This document shows positions 26,825 to 37,108 of a stretch of 64,000 bases of DNA, one piece after another. The stretch covers positions 620,916-684,915 of the forward strand of contig JAWKJK010000002.1 in the NCBI GenBank assembly GCA_041393815.1, given 5' to 3'. How positions within the stretch are numbered: position 1 is the first letter of the stretch; each line of letters opens with the position of its first letter. This stretch comes from Candidatus Nanopelagicales bacterium. GTDB lineage: Bacteria; Actinomycetota; Actinomycetes; S36-B12; JAWKJK01. A program made the translations under genes and the position numbers. The notes beneath the pieces were generated by a model. It ran no database searches and was not told where the DNA came from. It worked only from the letters and a program-made list of their open reading frames with translations.

Positions 26825-27661
26825 TCAGGGCCGGGTCAGGTCGCCGTACGCGTCGGGCCGACGGTCGCGGTAGAAGGCCCAGCGGTTGCGGACCTCGGTG
26901 AGCAGGTCCATGTCGAGGTCGCGCACCAGCAGCTCCGGCTGGTACGCGTCACCCTCGCTCCCGACGAACTTGCCCTCCGGGTCGACGAAGTAGCTGGTGC
27001 CGTAGAAGTCGTCGTCGCCGAGGTCCTCGATGCCGACCCGGTTGATGGCGCCGACGAAGTACTCGTTCGCCACGGCGGCCGCGGGCTGCTCCAGCTTCCA
27101 CAGGTACGCCGACAGCCCGCGCGAGGTCGCCGACGGGTTGAACACGATCTCGGCGCCGTTGAGCCCGAGTGCGCGCCAGCCCTCGGGGAAGTGCCGGTCG
27201 TAGCAGATGTAGACGCCGACCCGGCCGACCGCCGTGTCGAACACCGGGAAGCCGAGGTTGCCGGGACGGAAGTAGAACTTCTCCCAGAAGCCCTTCACGT
27301 GCGGGATGTGGTGCTTGCGGTACTTCCCCAGGTACGAGCCGTCGGCGTCGACGACGGCCGCGGTGTTGTAGAGGACCCCGGGCTGCTCCTGCTCGTACAT
27401 CGGTAGCACCAGCACGATGCCGAGCTCTCGCGCCAGCGCCTGGAACCGCTCGGTCGTCGGCCCGGGGACGCTCTCCGCGTAGGAGTAGAACTCCGCGTCC
27501 TGCACCTGGCAGAAGTACGGGCCGTAGAACAGTTCTTGGAAGCAGACGACCTTCGCGCCCTGCGCGGCCGCCTGCCGCGCGTAGCCCTCGTGGGCGACGA
27601 TCATCGACTCCTTGTCGCCCGTCCACGACGTCTGGACCAGTGCCGCGCGCACGACCGTCAT
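26825..27661 (-). CDS. nitrilase-superfamily amidase, beta-ureidopropionase-like
   Basis: Glu-Lys-Cys triad contexts CFQELF, YRKHHIP and VYICYDRHFPE. ATG 27661 was chosen within the longer ORF. Confidence 0.85.
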   Translation of the reverse strand: MTVVRAALVQTSWTGDKESMIVAHEGYARQAAAQGAKVVCFQELFYGPYFCQVQDAEFYSYAESVPGPTTERFQALARELGIVLVLPMYEQEQPGVLYNTAAVVDADGSYLGKYRKHHIPHVKGFWEKFYFRPGNLGFPVFDTAVGRVGVYICYDRHFPEGWRALGLNGAEIVFNPSATSRGLSAYLWKLEQPAAAVANEYFVGAINRVGIEDLGDDDFYGTSYFVDPEGKFVGSEGDAYQPELLVRDLDMDLLTEVRNRWAFYRDRRPDAYGDLTRP

Positions 27662-27793
27662 GGCCGCCTCCTGCCCTCCGGGACCCCGTCTTCGCACAGT
27701 AGGCCCGCGGGCGGTGCGAACGGAGGGGTTCCGCCGGACTCGCGCGAGGCCCCCCGGCTGCGGACGCACGAGGTCCGCCGTACGGTCGGTCCC

Positions 27794-30010
27794 GTGGAGG
27801 GGACGCGCACCGTGCACCGGTCGTGCAACCTGTGCGAGGCCAGCTGCGGCCTGACGATCGAGGTCCGCGGCGACGAGGTGCTGTCGGTCCGCGGTGACGA
27901 GGACGACCCGTTCTCCCGCGGCTACGTCTGCCCCAAGGGGATCGCCCTGCAGGACCTGCAGCGCGACCCCGACCGGCTGCGCCGTCCGGTGCGACGCACC
28001 GCGGACGGGTCCTGGCAGGAGATCGGCTGGGACGAGGCCCTCGACCTGGCCGCCGAGGGCCTGCTCGCCGCCCGCGACCGTGGCGGCCCGGACGCCGTCG
28101 GCCTCTACCTGGGCAACCCGATCACGCACGGCTGGGCGCCGGTCACGCTCATCCCGCTCCTGCTGAAGGCGCTCGGCACCCGCAACCGCTACTCCGCGGC
28201 CAGCGTCGACCAGCAGCCGCAGCACCTGCTGTCGTACCTACTCTTCGGCTCCCCGCTCCTGCTGCCCGTTCCCGACCTGGACCGGACGGACCACCTGCTC
28301 GTGGTCGGTGGGAACCCCGCGGTGTCCAACGGCAGCATCATGACCGCGCCGGACGTCCGACGCCGACTGGCCGCCCTGCGTCGGCGCGGCGGTCGCGTGG
28401 TCGTCGTCGACCCGCGTCGCACCGAGACCGCGCGACTGGGTGACGAGCACGTCTTCGTGCGACCGGGCACCGACGTGTTCCTCCTCGCGGCGATGGTGCA
28501 CGTCCTCGACGCGGAGGGGCTGGTCCGTCCGGGCCGCGCGGCGGCGTACGTCGACGGGATCGACGCCGTGCTGGAGCTGGTCCGCCCGGTGACCCCGGAG
28601 CGTGCCGCGGCGGTGACCGGCGTCCCGGCGGACACGATCCGGCGGCTGGCCCGCGACCTGGCCGCGGCTCGGAGGGGCGCGGTCTACGCGCGCGTGGGTC
28701 TGTGCCAGAGCGAGTTCGGGACGACGGCCTACTGGCTGGTGCACGTGCTCAACGTCCTGACCGGCCGGCTGGACGAGGTGGGCGGCTGGATGCTGGCCAC
28801 GCCCGCGTTCGACCTGCCCTTCCTGGGGGAGCGCACCACGGACCTCGTCGGGTACGACCGCTGGCGGTCGCGGGTGCGGGGCATCCCCGAGTTCGCGGCC
28901 GAGTTCCCGGTGGCCACGCTCGCGGACGAGATCCTCGAGCCCGGGGACGGGCGCATCCGCGCGATGCTGCTGGTCGCGGGCAACCCGGTGCTGTCGGCGC
29001 CGGACGGCCGGCGGATGGACGCCGCCCTCGCCGCCCTCGACTTCCTCGTCGCGGTCGATTACTACGTCACCGAGTCGAGCCGGCACGCCGACCTGATCCT
29101 CCCGCCGCAGACCCCGCTCGAGCGCGACGAGTTCGACGTCGTCTTCCCCGCCGTCAGCGTGCGCAACTGGGTTCGGTGGAACCCGCGCGCGGTCGACCCG
29201 GATCCGGAGACCCGCAGCGACGCGGACATCCTGCGGGAGCTGCTGTACCGGGTGGAGCGGGGGACCCCGCGGCTGCGGGCGGCGGCGGCCGCCCGGCGCG
29301 CGGTGTTCGCACGCGCGTTCCCCCGTCGCTTCGTCGACCTCGCGCTGCGTGTCGGGCCGTACGGGTCGTTACCGGTGGGGCCCGGAAGGCGACGGGGCCG
29401 CGCGCGGCGCGGGGGCCTGACGCTGGCCGAGGTAGAGCGCCACCCGCACGGCCTCGACCTGGGACCGCTGGAGCCGTGCCTGCCGGAGCGGCTGATGACG
29501 GCCGACCGGCGGGTCCGGCTGGACCACCCGGTCGTGGTCGGGGACTGGCCGCGCGTCCTGGACTCGCTTGGGTCCGCCGAGGCCGACGCAGGGACTCGCG
29601 ACCCCGACACCCTGCTGCTGATCGGCAGGCGGCACCTGCGCAGCAACAACTCCTGGATGCACAACCTGGACCGGCTGGTGAAGGGCCGGGACCGCTGCAC
29701 GGCACAGGTGTCCGAGGTGGACGCGCATCGCCTCGGCATCGCCACCGGCGACGTCGTCCGCGTCTCGTCGGGGACCGGCGCCATCGAGGTCCCCGCCGAG
29801 GTGACCGCCGACCTGATGCCGGGCGTGGTGTCGGTGCCGCACGGCTGGGGGCACGACCGTCCGGGGACGGGGTGGAGCCGGGCGGCCGCCACGCCGGGGG
29901 TGAGCGTCAACGACGTCACCGACGCGACGCGCTTCGACCCGCTCAGCGGCAACGCGGCCGTCAGCGGCGTGCCGGTCCGGGTCGAACGGGCGGCGCCGGC
30001 GGCTACGTGA
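27794..30010 (+). CDS. molybdopterin (bis-MGD) oxidoreductase family protein
   Basis: N-terminal 4Fe-4S motif CNLCEASCGL...GYVCPKG, and a C-terminal molybdopterin dinucleotide-binding region. The start is GTG 27794 or 27812. Confidence 0.85.
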   Translation: MEGTRTVHRSCNLCEASCGLTIEVRGDEVLSVRGDEDDPFSRGYVCPKGIALQDLQRDPDRLRRPVRRTADGSWQEIGWDEALDLAAEGLLAARDRGGPDAVGLYLGNPITHGWAPVTLIPLLLKALGTRNRYSAASVDQQPQHLLSYLLFGSPLLLPVPDLDRTDHLLVVGGNPAVSNGSIMTAPDVRRRLAALRRRGGRVVVVDPRRTETARLGDEHVFVRPGTDVFLLAAMVHVLDAEGLVRPGRAAAYVDGIDAVLELVRPVTPERAAAVTGVPADTIRRLARDLAAARRGAVYARVGLCQSEFGTTAYWLVHVLNVLTGRLDEVGGWMLATPAFDLPFLGERTTDLVGYDRWRSRVRGIPEFAAEFPVATLADEILEPGDGRIRAMLLVAGNPVLSAPDGRRMDAALAALDFLVAVDYYVTESSRHADLILPPQTPLERDEFDVVFPAVSVRNWVRWNPRAVDPDPETRSDADILRELLYRVERGTPRLRAAAAARRAVFARAFPRRFVDLALRVGPYGSLPVGPGRRRGRARRGGLTLAEVERHPHGLDLGPLEPCLPERLMTADRRVRLDHPVVVGDWPRVLDSLGSAEADAGTRDPDTLLLIGRRHLRSNNSWMHNLDRLVKGRDRCTAQVSEVDAHRLGIATGDVVRVSSGTGAIEVPAEVTADLMPGVVSVPHGWGHDRPGTGWSRAAATPGVSVNDVTDATRFDPLSGNAAVSGVPVRVERAAPAAT

Positions 30011-30104
30011 GACCGGGGCGGCGAGCGGAGGTCGCCGCTGTCCGGGTCAGTCTGCGCGGCGGCACCGCCGACCCGGGCACGCGAGGTGTCCCCGCGGCTG
30101 GGGC

Positions 30105-31775
30105 TCAGGCCCTTGGCCGGGAACCCGGGTCTGCCCGCCGAGCGGCGCGGGACTCCCCGGCGCTGAGCGGCGGACGTCGCAGCGCGTCCAGCGCGAGCAG
30201 GGCGACGTGCAGCGACAGGCAGGACTCCACCGAGTCGAGGTCGACCGACAGGATCCGCTCCACCTTGTGCAGCCGCTCGTAGAACGACGGGCGGGACAGG
30301 TGCGCGGCATCCGCCCCGGCGGACTTGTTGCGGCCGTGGTCGAGGTAGGTCCGCAGCAGCCCCACCAGGTCCGTGCCGTGCCGCGAGTCGTACGCGAGCA
30401 GCGGGCCGAGCTCGCGCTCGACGTACGTCTGCACCCGCTCGTCGTCGCGCAGCAGGTGCAGCAGCCCGCGCAGGCGGACGTCGGGCAGCCGGTAGTAGGG
30501 CCGGCCCGGCTCGTACGCGGCGGCGTCCGCCACCTGGGCGGCCTCCTGGAACGACCGCCGGGCGTCGCGCACGCTGTCGACGGGCGAGCCGACCGCCATC
30601 ACGAACGGCGCGACGTCGGCCGCTCTCCCGCGTCGCTCGAGCGCCGTGGACAGCCGGTCCAGCACCAGGTCCACGTCCTGCGGGCGGGCCAGCGACAGCA
30701 GGACCCCGACCGCCGAGTCGTCCACCGCACCGACGAGCGCGGTGGCGCTGGCCTCGCGGGTGGCCGCAGCGACCAGCTCGGCGAAGTCGCGCAGCCGCGA
30801 CTGCGACTCCAGCGTCGCCTCGCCGGGAACCTCGGTGAGGCGGACGACGACCGCGACCAGCGTGCGCCCCTCCAGCGGCACCCCGAGGGCGCGGGCTCGC
30901 AGCGCGGTGTCCGACGACGGCACCGAATGGGTGAGGATCCCGTCCAGCAGGGTCCGGTGTCCCTGCCGTTCCAACGACTCGCGGTCCCGCTCCACAAGCC
31001 GGTTGAGGGCGAGCGTCGCGGCACTGCGCTCGACCAGCATCACCTCGCGGCTGGACGGCGGGCCGTCCGCCAGCAGGACCAGCCGGCCCCAGTCGTGGCC
31101 TCGGGCCCCGACCGTGGTGACGACCCAGCCCGTGCGCGGGTCGCGCCCGGTGCGGCCCTCGGGCCGCACGGCCCGGGAGCGGGCCTCCCAGCCGACCAGC
31201 AGGTCCTCCGGGGACATCGTCACCGCCTCGTACGCCAGCACTTGGTGCGCGAGGTTCTCCAGCACGACCGGCCGCCCTGCGATCCGGGCCGTCTGCCGCA
31301 CGATCTCGGCCGGGCTGGCGCCCTCGACCGACAGCTCGGTGAAGGTCTGGTGCAGCTCCTCGCTGGCCCGCAGCAGGGCCAGCTGGGCGTCCACGATCCG
31401 GGCGTGCACCTGCTCGGTGACCGCGACGAAGCGGCACTCCTGCTGCAACTCCACCAGCGGCAGGCCGCGCCGCTCGGCGGTGCGGACCATCGCCCGGGGC
31501 AGCCGGTCGTAGCGCCGGCCGAGCTCCACGCACACGCCCGAGGCCCCGACGTCGGCCAGCTCGTCGACCCAGCGCACCAGCGCGTCCTCGTCATCCGGCA
31601 ACGCGATCCCGGTGGTGAAGAGCAGCTCGTCGCCGGACAGCAGCCGGGCGACGTCCAGGACCTCGCTGACGTGCGTCCACCGGACCGGGCGGTCCAGGCC
31701 GGCGGCACCGGCGACCACTCGCGGACGGCCCTCCCGCAGCGGGTCCAGCGCGAGCACGTCGCCCACGGTCGGCAT
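30105..31775 (-). CDS. PucR family transcriptional regulator
   Basis: N-terminal purine-catabolism-regulator-like domain (VRWTHVSEVLDVARLLSGDELLFTTG) and a C-terminal PucR HTH (LSRPSFYERLHKVERIL). The start is ATG 31775, with GTG 31829 as the alternative. Confidence 0.8.
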   Translation of the reverse strand: MPTVGDVLALDPLREGRPRVVAGAAGLDRPVRWTHVSEVLDVARLLSGDELLFTTGIALPDDEDALVRWVDELADVGASGVCVELGRRYDRLPRAMVRTAERRGLPLVELQQECRFVAVTEQVHARIVDAQLALLRASEELHQTFTELSVEGASPAEIVRQTARIAGRPVVLENLAHQVLAYEAVTMSPEDLLVGWEARSRAVRPEGRTGRDPRTGWVVTTVGARGHDWGRLVLLADGPPSSREVMLVERSAATLALNRLVERDRESLERQGHRTLLDGILTHSVPSSDTALRARALGVPLEGRTLVAVVVRLTEVPGEATLESQSRLRDFAELVAAATREASATALVGAVDDSAVGVLLSLARPQDVDLVLDRLSTALERRGRAADVAPFVMAVGSPVDSVRDARRSFQEAAQVADAAAYEPGRPYYRLPDVRLRGLLHLLRDDERVQTYVERELGPLLAYDSRHGTDLVGLLRTYLDHGRNKSAGADAAHLSRPSFYERLHKVERILSVDLDSVESCLSLHVALLALDALRRPPLSAGESRAARRADPGSRPRA

Positions 31776-31972
31776 CGACGGCGGGGGGATCGCCGCCGCA
31801 CCCGCGGTCGCCGACGTCGACTCGGTCACGGCGGCGACCGTACCGGCACCGCCGACAGGTCGTAAACCGGACCGCGTCCTCGCCAGCAGGGTGTTCGAAC
31901 CCAGGCCTACTCGCCGGGATGGATCGACGTGGTCCGCGCGTGATTCCTCGCCCCGACGGTCACAGAACTGTC

Positions 31973-32014
31973 GCAATCCGCAGAAAATGCGCCTGCAATC
32001 GACGGATTCGCTTG
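31973..32014 (-). promoter_or_regulatory. shared cis-element, copy 2 (inverted orientation)
   Basis: Arms GCAATCCG (31973-31980) and CGGATTCG (32003-32010) with the same 22-nt spacing as copy 1. It abuts a -35-like TTGTCA (32012-32017). Confidence 0.5.
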
Positions 32015-32100
32015 TCAATCATCGTACGCGCATGTGAGTATCGGCCGTCACACCGCCGGCGGTGGGTCCCCGTGCCCCGCCACCGAGTCTGGGAGGAAGC

Positions 32101-33588
32101 GTGGGCGAGGGCCATCAGTTCATCGGGGGCCGGCTGCGGCCGGGGACCTCCGGCGTCGAGCACGACCTCATCAACCCCGCCACCGGCGCGGTGCTGGACA
32201 CCCTGGAGCTGGCCGGACCGCAGGACGTCGAGGCGGCCGTCTCCGCCGCGGCCGCCGCGCTGCCCGGCTGGGCCGGTGCCACCCCGGGCGAGCGCGCCGC
32301 GGCCCTGAACCGCCTGGCGGCTCGGCTGGAGGAGCGCGCGGAGGACTACGCGCAGGCCGAGACCGCGCAGACCGGCAAGCCGATCAAGCTCACCCGGGAG
32401 TTCGACGTCCCGGGGTCCATCGACAACGTGTCCTTCTTCGCCGGCGCCGCCCGGATGCTCGAGGGCCTGGCCAGCGGCGAGTACGACGGCGCGCACACCT
32501 CGTCCATCCGGCGCGAGCCGGTCGGGGTCGTCGGCTCGATCGCGCCGTGGAACTACCCGCTGCAGATGGCGATGTGGAAGGTCCTGCCGGCCATCGCCGC
32601 GGGCAACACCATCGTCCTCAAGCCCGCCGAGCTGACCCCGCTCACCTCCCTCATGCTGGCCGAGGACTGTGTCGCTGCCGGGATCCCGGACGGCGTCGTC
32701 AACGTGCTGGTGGGGGCCGGTCGGGTGGCGGGCGAGGCCCTGATCTCGCACCCGACCGTCCGGATGGTCTCGTTCACCGGCTCGACCGGCGTCGGCCGCC
32801 GGGTCATGGAGCTGGCGACCGGGACGATCAAGCGGGTCCACCTCGAGCTCGGCGGCAAGGCCCCCTTCGTCGTCTTCGACGACGCGGACCTCGAGGCCGC
32901 GGTGCACGGTGCCGTCGCCGGTGCGCTGATCAACACCGGCCAGGACTGCACGGCCGCGACCCGGGCCTACGTGCAGCGGCCCCTCTACGACGCGTTCGTC
33001 CAGGGCGTCGCCGACCTGATGGCCACGGTCCGGATGGGGGACCCGACCGACCCGACCACCGACCAGGGCCCGCTGATCTCCCGTCGGCAGCAGGAGAGCG
33101 TCGCCGGGTTCGTCGACCGTGCCCGCGGCTACGGGGCCAAGGTCATGGTCGGCGGTGAGGTCCCCGGGGGAGAGCTGGCGGCCGGTTCCTTCTACGCCCC
33201 CACCCTGGTCGTGGACGTGACGCAGGACTCCGAGATCGCCCGCGAGGAGATCTTCGGCCCGGTGCTGGTCGCGCTGCCCTTCGACTCCGACGACCAGGGG
33301 CTCGAGCTGGCGAACGACAGCGTCTACGGCCTGGCGGCCAGCGCCTGGACCCGGGACGTGTTCCGCTCGCTACGTGCGCAGCGGGAGATCGCGGCGGGCT
33401 GCGTGTGGATCAACGACCACATCCCGATCATCAGCGAGATGCCCCACGGGGGCTACAAGCAGTCCGGCTTCGGCAAGGACATGTCCCGCTACTCGCTGGA
33501 GGAGTACACCCAGGTCAAGCACGTGTCGCAGGACATCACCGGAGAGGCCCGCAAGGACTGGCACCGGACGATCTTCGGAGACCGCTGA
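32101..33588 (+). CDS. aldehyde dehydrogenase (gamma-aminobutyraldehyde dehydrogenase-like), paralogue of 22647-24113
   Basis: [27 protein letters not shown]. The GTG start is preceded by GGGAGGAAG. Confidence 0.9.
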   Translation: MGEGHQFIGGRLRPGTSGVEHDLINPATGAVLDTLELAGPQDVEAAVSAAAAALPGWAGATPGERAAALNRLAARLEERAEDYAQAETAQTGKPIKLTREFDVPGSIDNVSFFAGAARMLEGLASGEYDGAHTSSIRREPVGVVGSIAPWNYPLQMAMWKVLPAIAAGNTIVLKPAELTPLTSLMLAEDCVAAGIPDGVVNVLVGAGRVAGEALISHPTVRMVSFTGSTGVGRRVMELATGTIKRVHLELGGKAPFVVFDDADLEAAVHGAVAGALINTGQDCTAATRAYVQRPLYDAFVQGVADLMATVRMGDPTDPTTDQGPLISRRQQESVAGFVDRARGYGAKVMVGGEVPGGELAAGSFYAPTLVVDVTQDSEIAREEIFGPVLVALPFDSDDQGLELANDSVYGLAASAWTRDVFRSLRAQREIAAGCVWINDHIPIISEMPHGGYKQSGFGKDMSRYSLEEYTQVKHVSQDITGEARKDWHRTIFGDR

Positions 33589-33691
33589 CAGGTCACCGTT
33601 CCGCATCGGGTCGCTCCCGGTGCGGTCCCCGGGGTGCATGATCGCCCCACGGCAGCACCGCCCTGACCCAGAACGAGAGGACGCACCAACC

Positions 33692-34924
33692 ATGGCGAAC
33701 CGCCCGATCGACCCGATGACCGCGTCGCTGGTCGCGCGCATGCGTGGACAGGTGTCGCGCCGGCGCGTCCTGCAGGCCGCGGGCCTGAGCAGCGCGGCCA
33801 TGCTGGCCGCCGCCTGCGGCGGTACCGGGGGGGACGACGCGGGCGGCGACTCGTCGGGCGCGCCCTCCGCGGCGACCCAGCCGGACCTGTCCGACACCGA
33901 GAAGGTGCTCGCGTGGTCGAACTGGCCGCTGTACATCGACGTCAACGACGACACCGGTGAGCGGCCCACGCTGAAGGCCTTCGAGGAGGAGACCGGGATC
34001 AAGGTCACCTACAACGAGGACATCAACGACAACAACGAGTTCTACGCCAAGGTCCGCTCGCAGCTCGAGGCCGGGCAGGCCATCGACCGCGACCTGGTCG
34101 TCCTCACCGACTGGATGGCCGCCCTGTGGATCCAGAACGGCTTCGCCCAGATGCTGGACAAGGCCAACATCCCGAACTCCGGCAACATCATCCCGCGGCT
34201 GCAGAGCGTGTCCTTCGACCCCAACCGCGACTACACGCTGCCGTGGCAGTCCGGCTTCGGTGGCCTCGGCTACAACGTCGAGCTGCTCCAGCAGGCCACC
34301 GGCTCCGACTCGATCACCACGGTCGAGCAGCTGTTCGACCCGCGCCTGGCCGGCCGCGTCACCGTGCTGTCCGAGATGCGCGACACGATGGGCGTCATGA
34401 TCGCCTCCCAGGGCAACGACCCGTCGAACTTCACCGAGGACCAGTTCAACCAGGCCATCGACGAGCTCACCAAGCAGGTCGACAGCGGCCAGATCCGCCA
34501 GGTCACCGGCAACGACTACATCGCGGCTCTCGAGAACGGCGACGTGATCGCGGTCATCGGCTGGTCCGGCGACATCTTCGCCCTCGGCGACGGCTATGGC
34601 TTCTCCCTGCCGGAGACCGGCGGCACGCTGTGGACCGACAACATGCTGATCCCGGCCATGGCGGCGCACAAGAAGAACGCTGAGACCGTCATGAACTACT
34701 ACTACGACCCCGAGGTCGCGGCCCAGGTCGCCGCCTACGTTCAGTACATCTGCCCCGTCGAGGGCGCGCAGCAGGCGATGGAGAAGGTCGACCCCGAGCT
34801 GGTCGACAACCCGTGGATCTTCCCCACCGAGGAGCAGCTGAACAAGGGCTACGTCTTCATGGAGCTGACCCCGGAGCAGAACGAGGCCTACGAGCGGCAG
34901 TTCCAGGCCGCGATCGGCAACTGA
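33692..34924 (+). CDS. polyamine (spermidine/putrescine) ABC transporter substrate-binding lipoprotein
   Basis: Twin-arginine-like signal RRRVLQAAGLSSAAMLAAACGG (lipobox Cys). PotD/PotF-like body. Confidence 0.88.
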   Translation: MANRPIDPMTASLVARMRGQVSRRRVLQAAGLSSAAMLAAACGGTGGDDAGGDSSGAPSAATQPDLSDTEKVLAWSNWPLYIDVNDDTGERPTLKAFEEETGIKVTYNEDINDNNEFYAKVRSQLEAGQAIDRDLVVLTDWMAALWIQNGFAQMLDKANIPNSGNIIPRLQSVSFDPNRDYTLPWQSGFGGLGYNVELLQQATGSDSITTVEQLFDPRLAGRVTVLSEMRDTMGVMIASQGNDPSNFTEDQFNQAIDELTKQVDSGQIRQVTGNDYIAALENGDVIAVIGWSGDIFALGDGYGFSLPETGGTLWTDNMLIPAMAAHKKNAETVMNYYYDPEVAAQVAAYVQYICPVEGAQQAMEKVDPELVDNPWIFPTEEQLNKGYVFMELTPEQNEAYERQFQAAIGN

Positions 34925-34927
34925 TCG

Positions 34928-34963
34928 CGATAGCGGGCCGCGCCGAGGCGCGGCCCGCTATCG
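34928..34963 (+). terminator. perfect 17-bp-stem hairpin between the substrate-binding-protein gene and potA (intra-operon attenuator or terminator)
   Basis: CGATAGCGGGCCGCGCC-GA-GGCGCGGCCCGCTATCG, starting 4 nt after the stop. Confidence 0.55.
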
Positions 34964-34996
34964 TGCGATCCCCCAGCAGCGCGAGAGGACACGCCC

Positions 34997-36202
34997 GTGG
35001 CCCAGCAGGACAAGAGCGGCCAGGTCGAGGACCTGCACTTGGTCCACCTGACCAAGCGCTACGGCGACATGGCCGCCGTCGACGACCTGTCGCTCACGAT
35101 CCCCGCCGGATCGTTCTTCGCCTTGCTCGGCCCCTCGGGCTGCGGCAAGACGACGACCCTGCGGATGGTCGCCGGACTGGAGGACCCGACCGAGGGCCGG
35201 GTGCTGATCGGCGAGCAGGACGTGACGACCCTGCGCGCGTTCCAGCGCCCGGTCAACACCGTCTTCCAGTCCTACGCTCTGTTCCCGCACCTCGACATCT
35301 TCGAGAACGTCGCCTTCGGCCTGCGTCGCCGCGGCATCAAGGACGTCGACTCGCAGGTCAACGAGATGCTGGAACTGGTCGAGCTCGGGCCGATGGCGCG
35401 GCGCAAGCCGACCCAGCTGTCCGGCGGCCAGCAGCAGCGCGTGGCGGTCGCTCGCGCGCTGATCAACCACCCCGACGTGCTGCTGCTGGACGAGCCGCTC
35501 GGTGCCCTCGACCTGAAGCTGCGCCGTCAGATGCAGATCGAGCTCAAGCGGATCCAGGTCGAGGTCGGCACCACCTTCGTGCACGTGACCCACGACCAGG
35601 AGGAGGCCATGACCATGGCCGACACGGTCGCGGTCATGAACAAGGGCAAGATCGAGCAGATGGGTGCCCCCACGGACATCTACGAGCTGCCCCGTACGGT
35701 CTTCGTGGCGAACTTCCTCGGCCAGTCCAACCTGATCGAGGGCAAGACGGCCTCCAGCGACGCCGAGAACGAGTACATCGAGGCGCACGGCATGACCTTC
35801 GGGGTGCCCAAGGAGCGCTGGTTCGCCACCCCCGGCACCGCCATCGTGGGCGTCCGCCCGGAGAAGCTGACGATCGTCCCCGCCGCCAACGCCGACGCGG
35901 TCCCCGAGCACCACAACCGGATCTCCGGGCGGGTCACGGATGCCTCGTTCACCGGCATGTCCACCCAATACCTGGTGGCGACCCCGTGGGGCCAGGAGCT
36001 GATGGTGTTCGAGCAGAACCTGGCCGTGGGCGACCGGGTGCGCACGGGTGACTCCGTCATCGCGCACTGGTCGCCGCGGCACTCCTTCGGCCTCGACGCG
36101 GCCTCCGGCCGGGATGCCGGCCTGGACGAGGAGTTCGTCCAGGCGGTCAACTTCGACCGGAAGCTGGCAGCCCAGTCCGGCGACGCATCCGTGGGGGGCT
36201 GA
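34997..36202 (+). CDS. potA: polyamine ABC transporter ATP-binding protein
   Basis: Walker [10 protein letters not shown], signature LSGGQQQRV, Walker B LLLDEP. PotA-type C-terminal regulatory domain. Confidence 0.9.
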   Translation: MAQQDKSGQVEDLHLVHLTKRYGDMAAVDDLSLTIPAGSFFALLGPSGCGKTTTLRMVAGLEDPTEGRVLIGEQDVTTLRAFQRPVNTVFQSYALFPHLDIFENVAFGLRRRGIKDVDSQVNEMLELVELGPMARRKPTQLSGGQQQRVAVARALINHPDVLLLDEPLGALDLKLRRQMQIELKRIQVEVGTTFVHVTHDQEEAMTMADTVAVMNKGKIEQMGAPTDIYELPRTVFVANFLGQSNLIEGKTASSDAENEYIEAHGMTFGVPKERWFATPGTAIVGVRPEKLTIVPAANADAVPEHHNRISGRVTDASFTGMSTQYLVATPWGQELMVFEQNLAVGDRVRTGDSVIAHWSPRHSFGLDAASGRDAGLDEEFVQAVNFDRKLAAQSGDASVGG

Positions 36203-36205
36203 CCG

Positions 36206-37108
36206 GTGCCCGCCGTCGTCCCCACCGCGGGAGGCGGGCCTGCGGCGCCCCCTTCCCAGGTGTCCGGCACCGCGAGGAAGCGGACCGGCTACCTGCTCCT
36301 GCTGCCCGGCATCGCCTGGCTCGCCGTCTTCTTCGTGGTCCCGCTGATCTCGCTGTTCATGACGAGCCTGCAGGCCCCCGCCGGCGGATCGGGCAAGTAC
36401 AAGCCGGCCTTCCAGATCTCCAACTACGCAGACGCCATCACGGAGTACTGGCCCCAGTTCGTCCGGTCGTTCATCTTCGCCGGGATCGCGACGGTGCTCG
36501 CGCTCGTGATCGCCTACCCGCTCGCGTACTTCATCGCCTTCCGGGCCGGCAAGTGGCGGGCGCTCATGCTGGTGCTCGTCGTCGCCCCGTTCTTCGCGTC
36601 GTTCCTGCTGCGTACCTATGCCTGGCGAACGATCCTGGCCGACGAGGGCTTCATCACGTCCCTCTTCAACGCCCTGCACCTGCTGCCCGAGGGGCGGATC
36701 CTCAACACGCCGCTGGCGGTCATCGCCGGTCTGACGTACAACTTCCTGCCGTTCATGATCCTGCCGCTGTACGCAGCGCTGGAGAAGATCGACCCGCGCC
36801 TGATCGAGGCCGGCAGCGATCTGTACGGCTCGCCGTTCACGGTGTTCCGCAAGATCACCTGGCCGCTCTCGCTGCCCGGCGTGGTCGCCGGAACCCTGCT
36901 CACGTTCATCCCGGCGTCCGGCGACTACATCAACGCCACCCTGCTGGGCTCGGTGAAGGACCGGATGATCGGCAACGCGATCCAGATCAACTTCATCCAG
37001 TTCCGCGACTACCCGATGGCCAGCGCGCTGTCGTTCATCCTGATGGCGATCATCCTGGTGCTCGTCTTCGTCTACATCCGCCGGGCCGGAACGGAGGACC
37101 TGGTCTGA
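36206..37108 (+). CDS. polyamine ABC transporter permease (PotB-like)
   Basis: Six-TM permease with the EAA loop EAGSDLYGSPFTVFRKITWPL. Confidence 0.87.
   Translation: MPAVVPTAGGGPAAPPSQVSGTARKRTGYLLLLPGIAWLAVFFVVPLISLFMTSLQAPAGGSGKYKPAFQISNYADAITEYWPQFVRSFIFAGIATVLALVIAYPLAYFIAFRAGKWRALMLVLVVAPFFASFLLRTYAWRTILADEGFITSLFNALHLLPEGRILNTPLAVIAGLTYNFLPFMILPLYAALEKIDPRLIEAGSDLYGSPFTVFRKITWPLSLPGVVAGTLLTFIPASGDYINATLLGSVKDRMIGNAIQINFIQFRDYPMASALSFILMAIILVLVFVYIRRAGTEDLV

Noticed and set aside
31776-32018. Longer N-terminus for the PucR regulator, starting at ATG 32018
   Set aside because: That start lies inside the AT-richer promoter patch that carries the shared cis-element. The extra 81 residues (MTSESVDCRRIFCGLRQFC...) do not look like PucR N-termini, which typically begin near the MPTVGDVLAL-type sequence at 31775.
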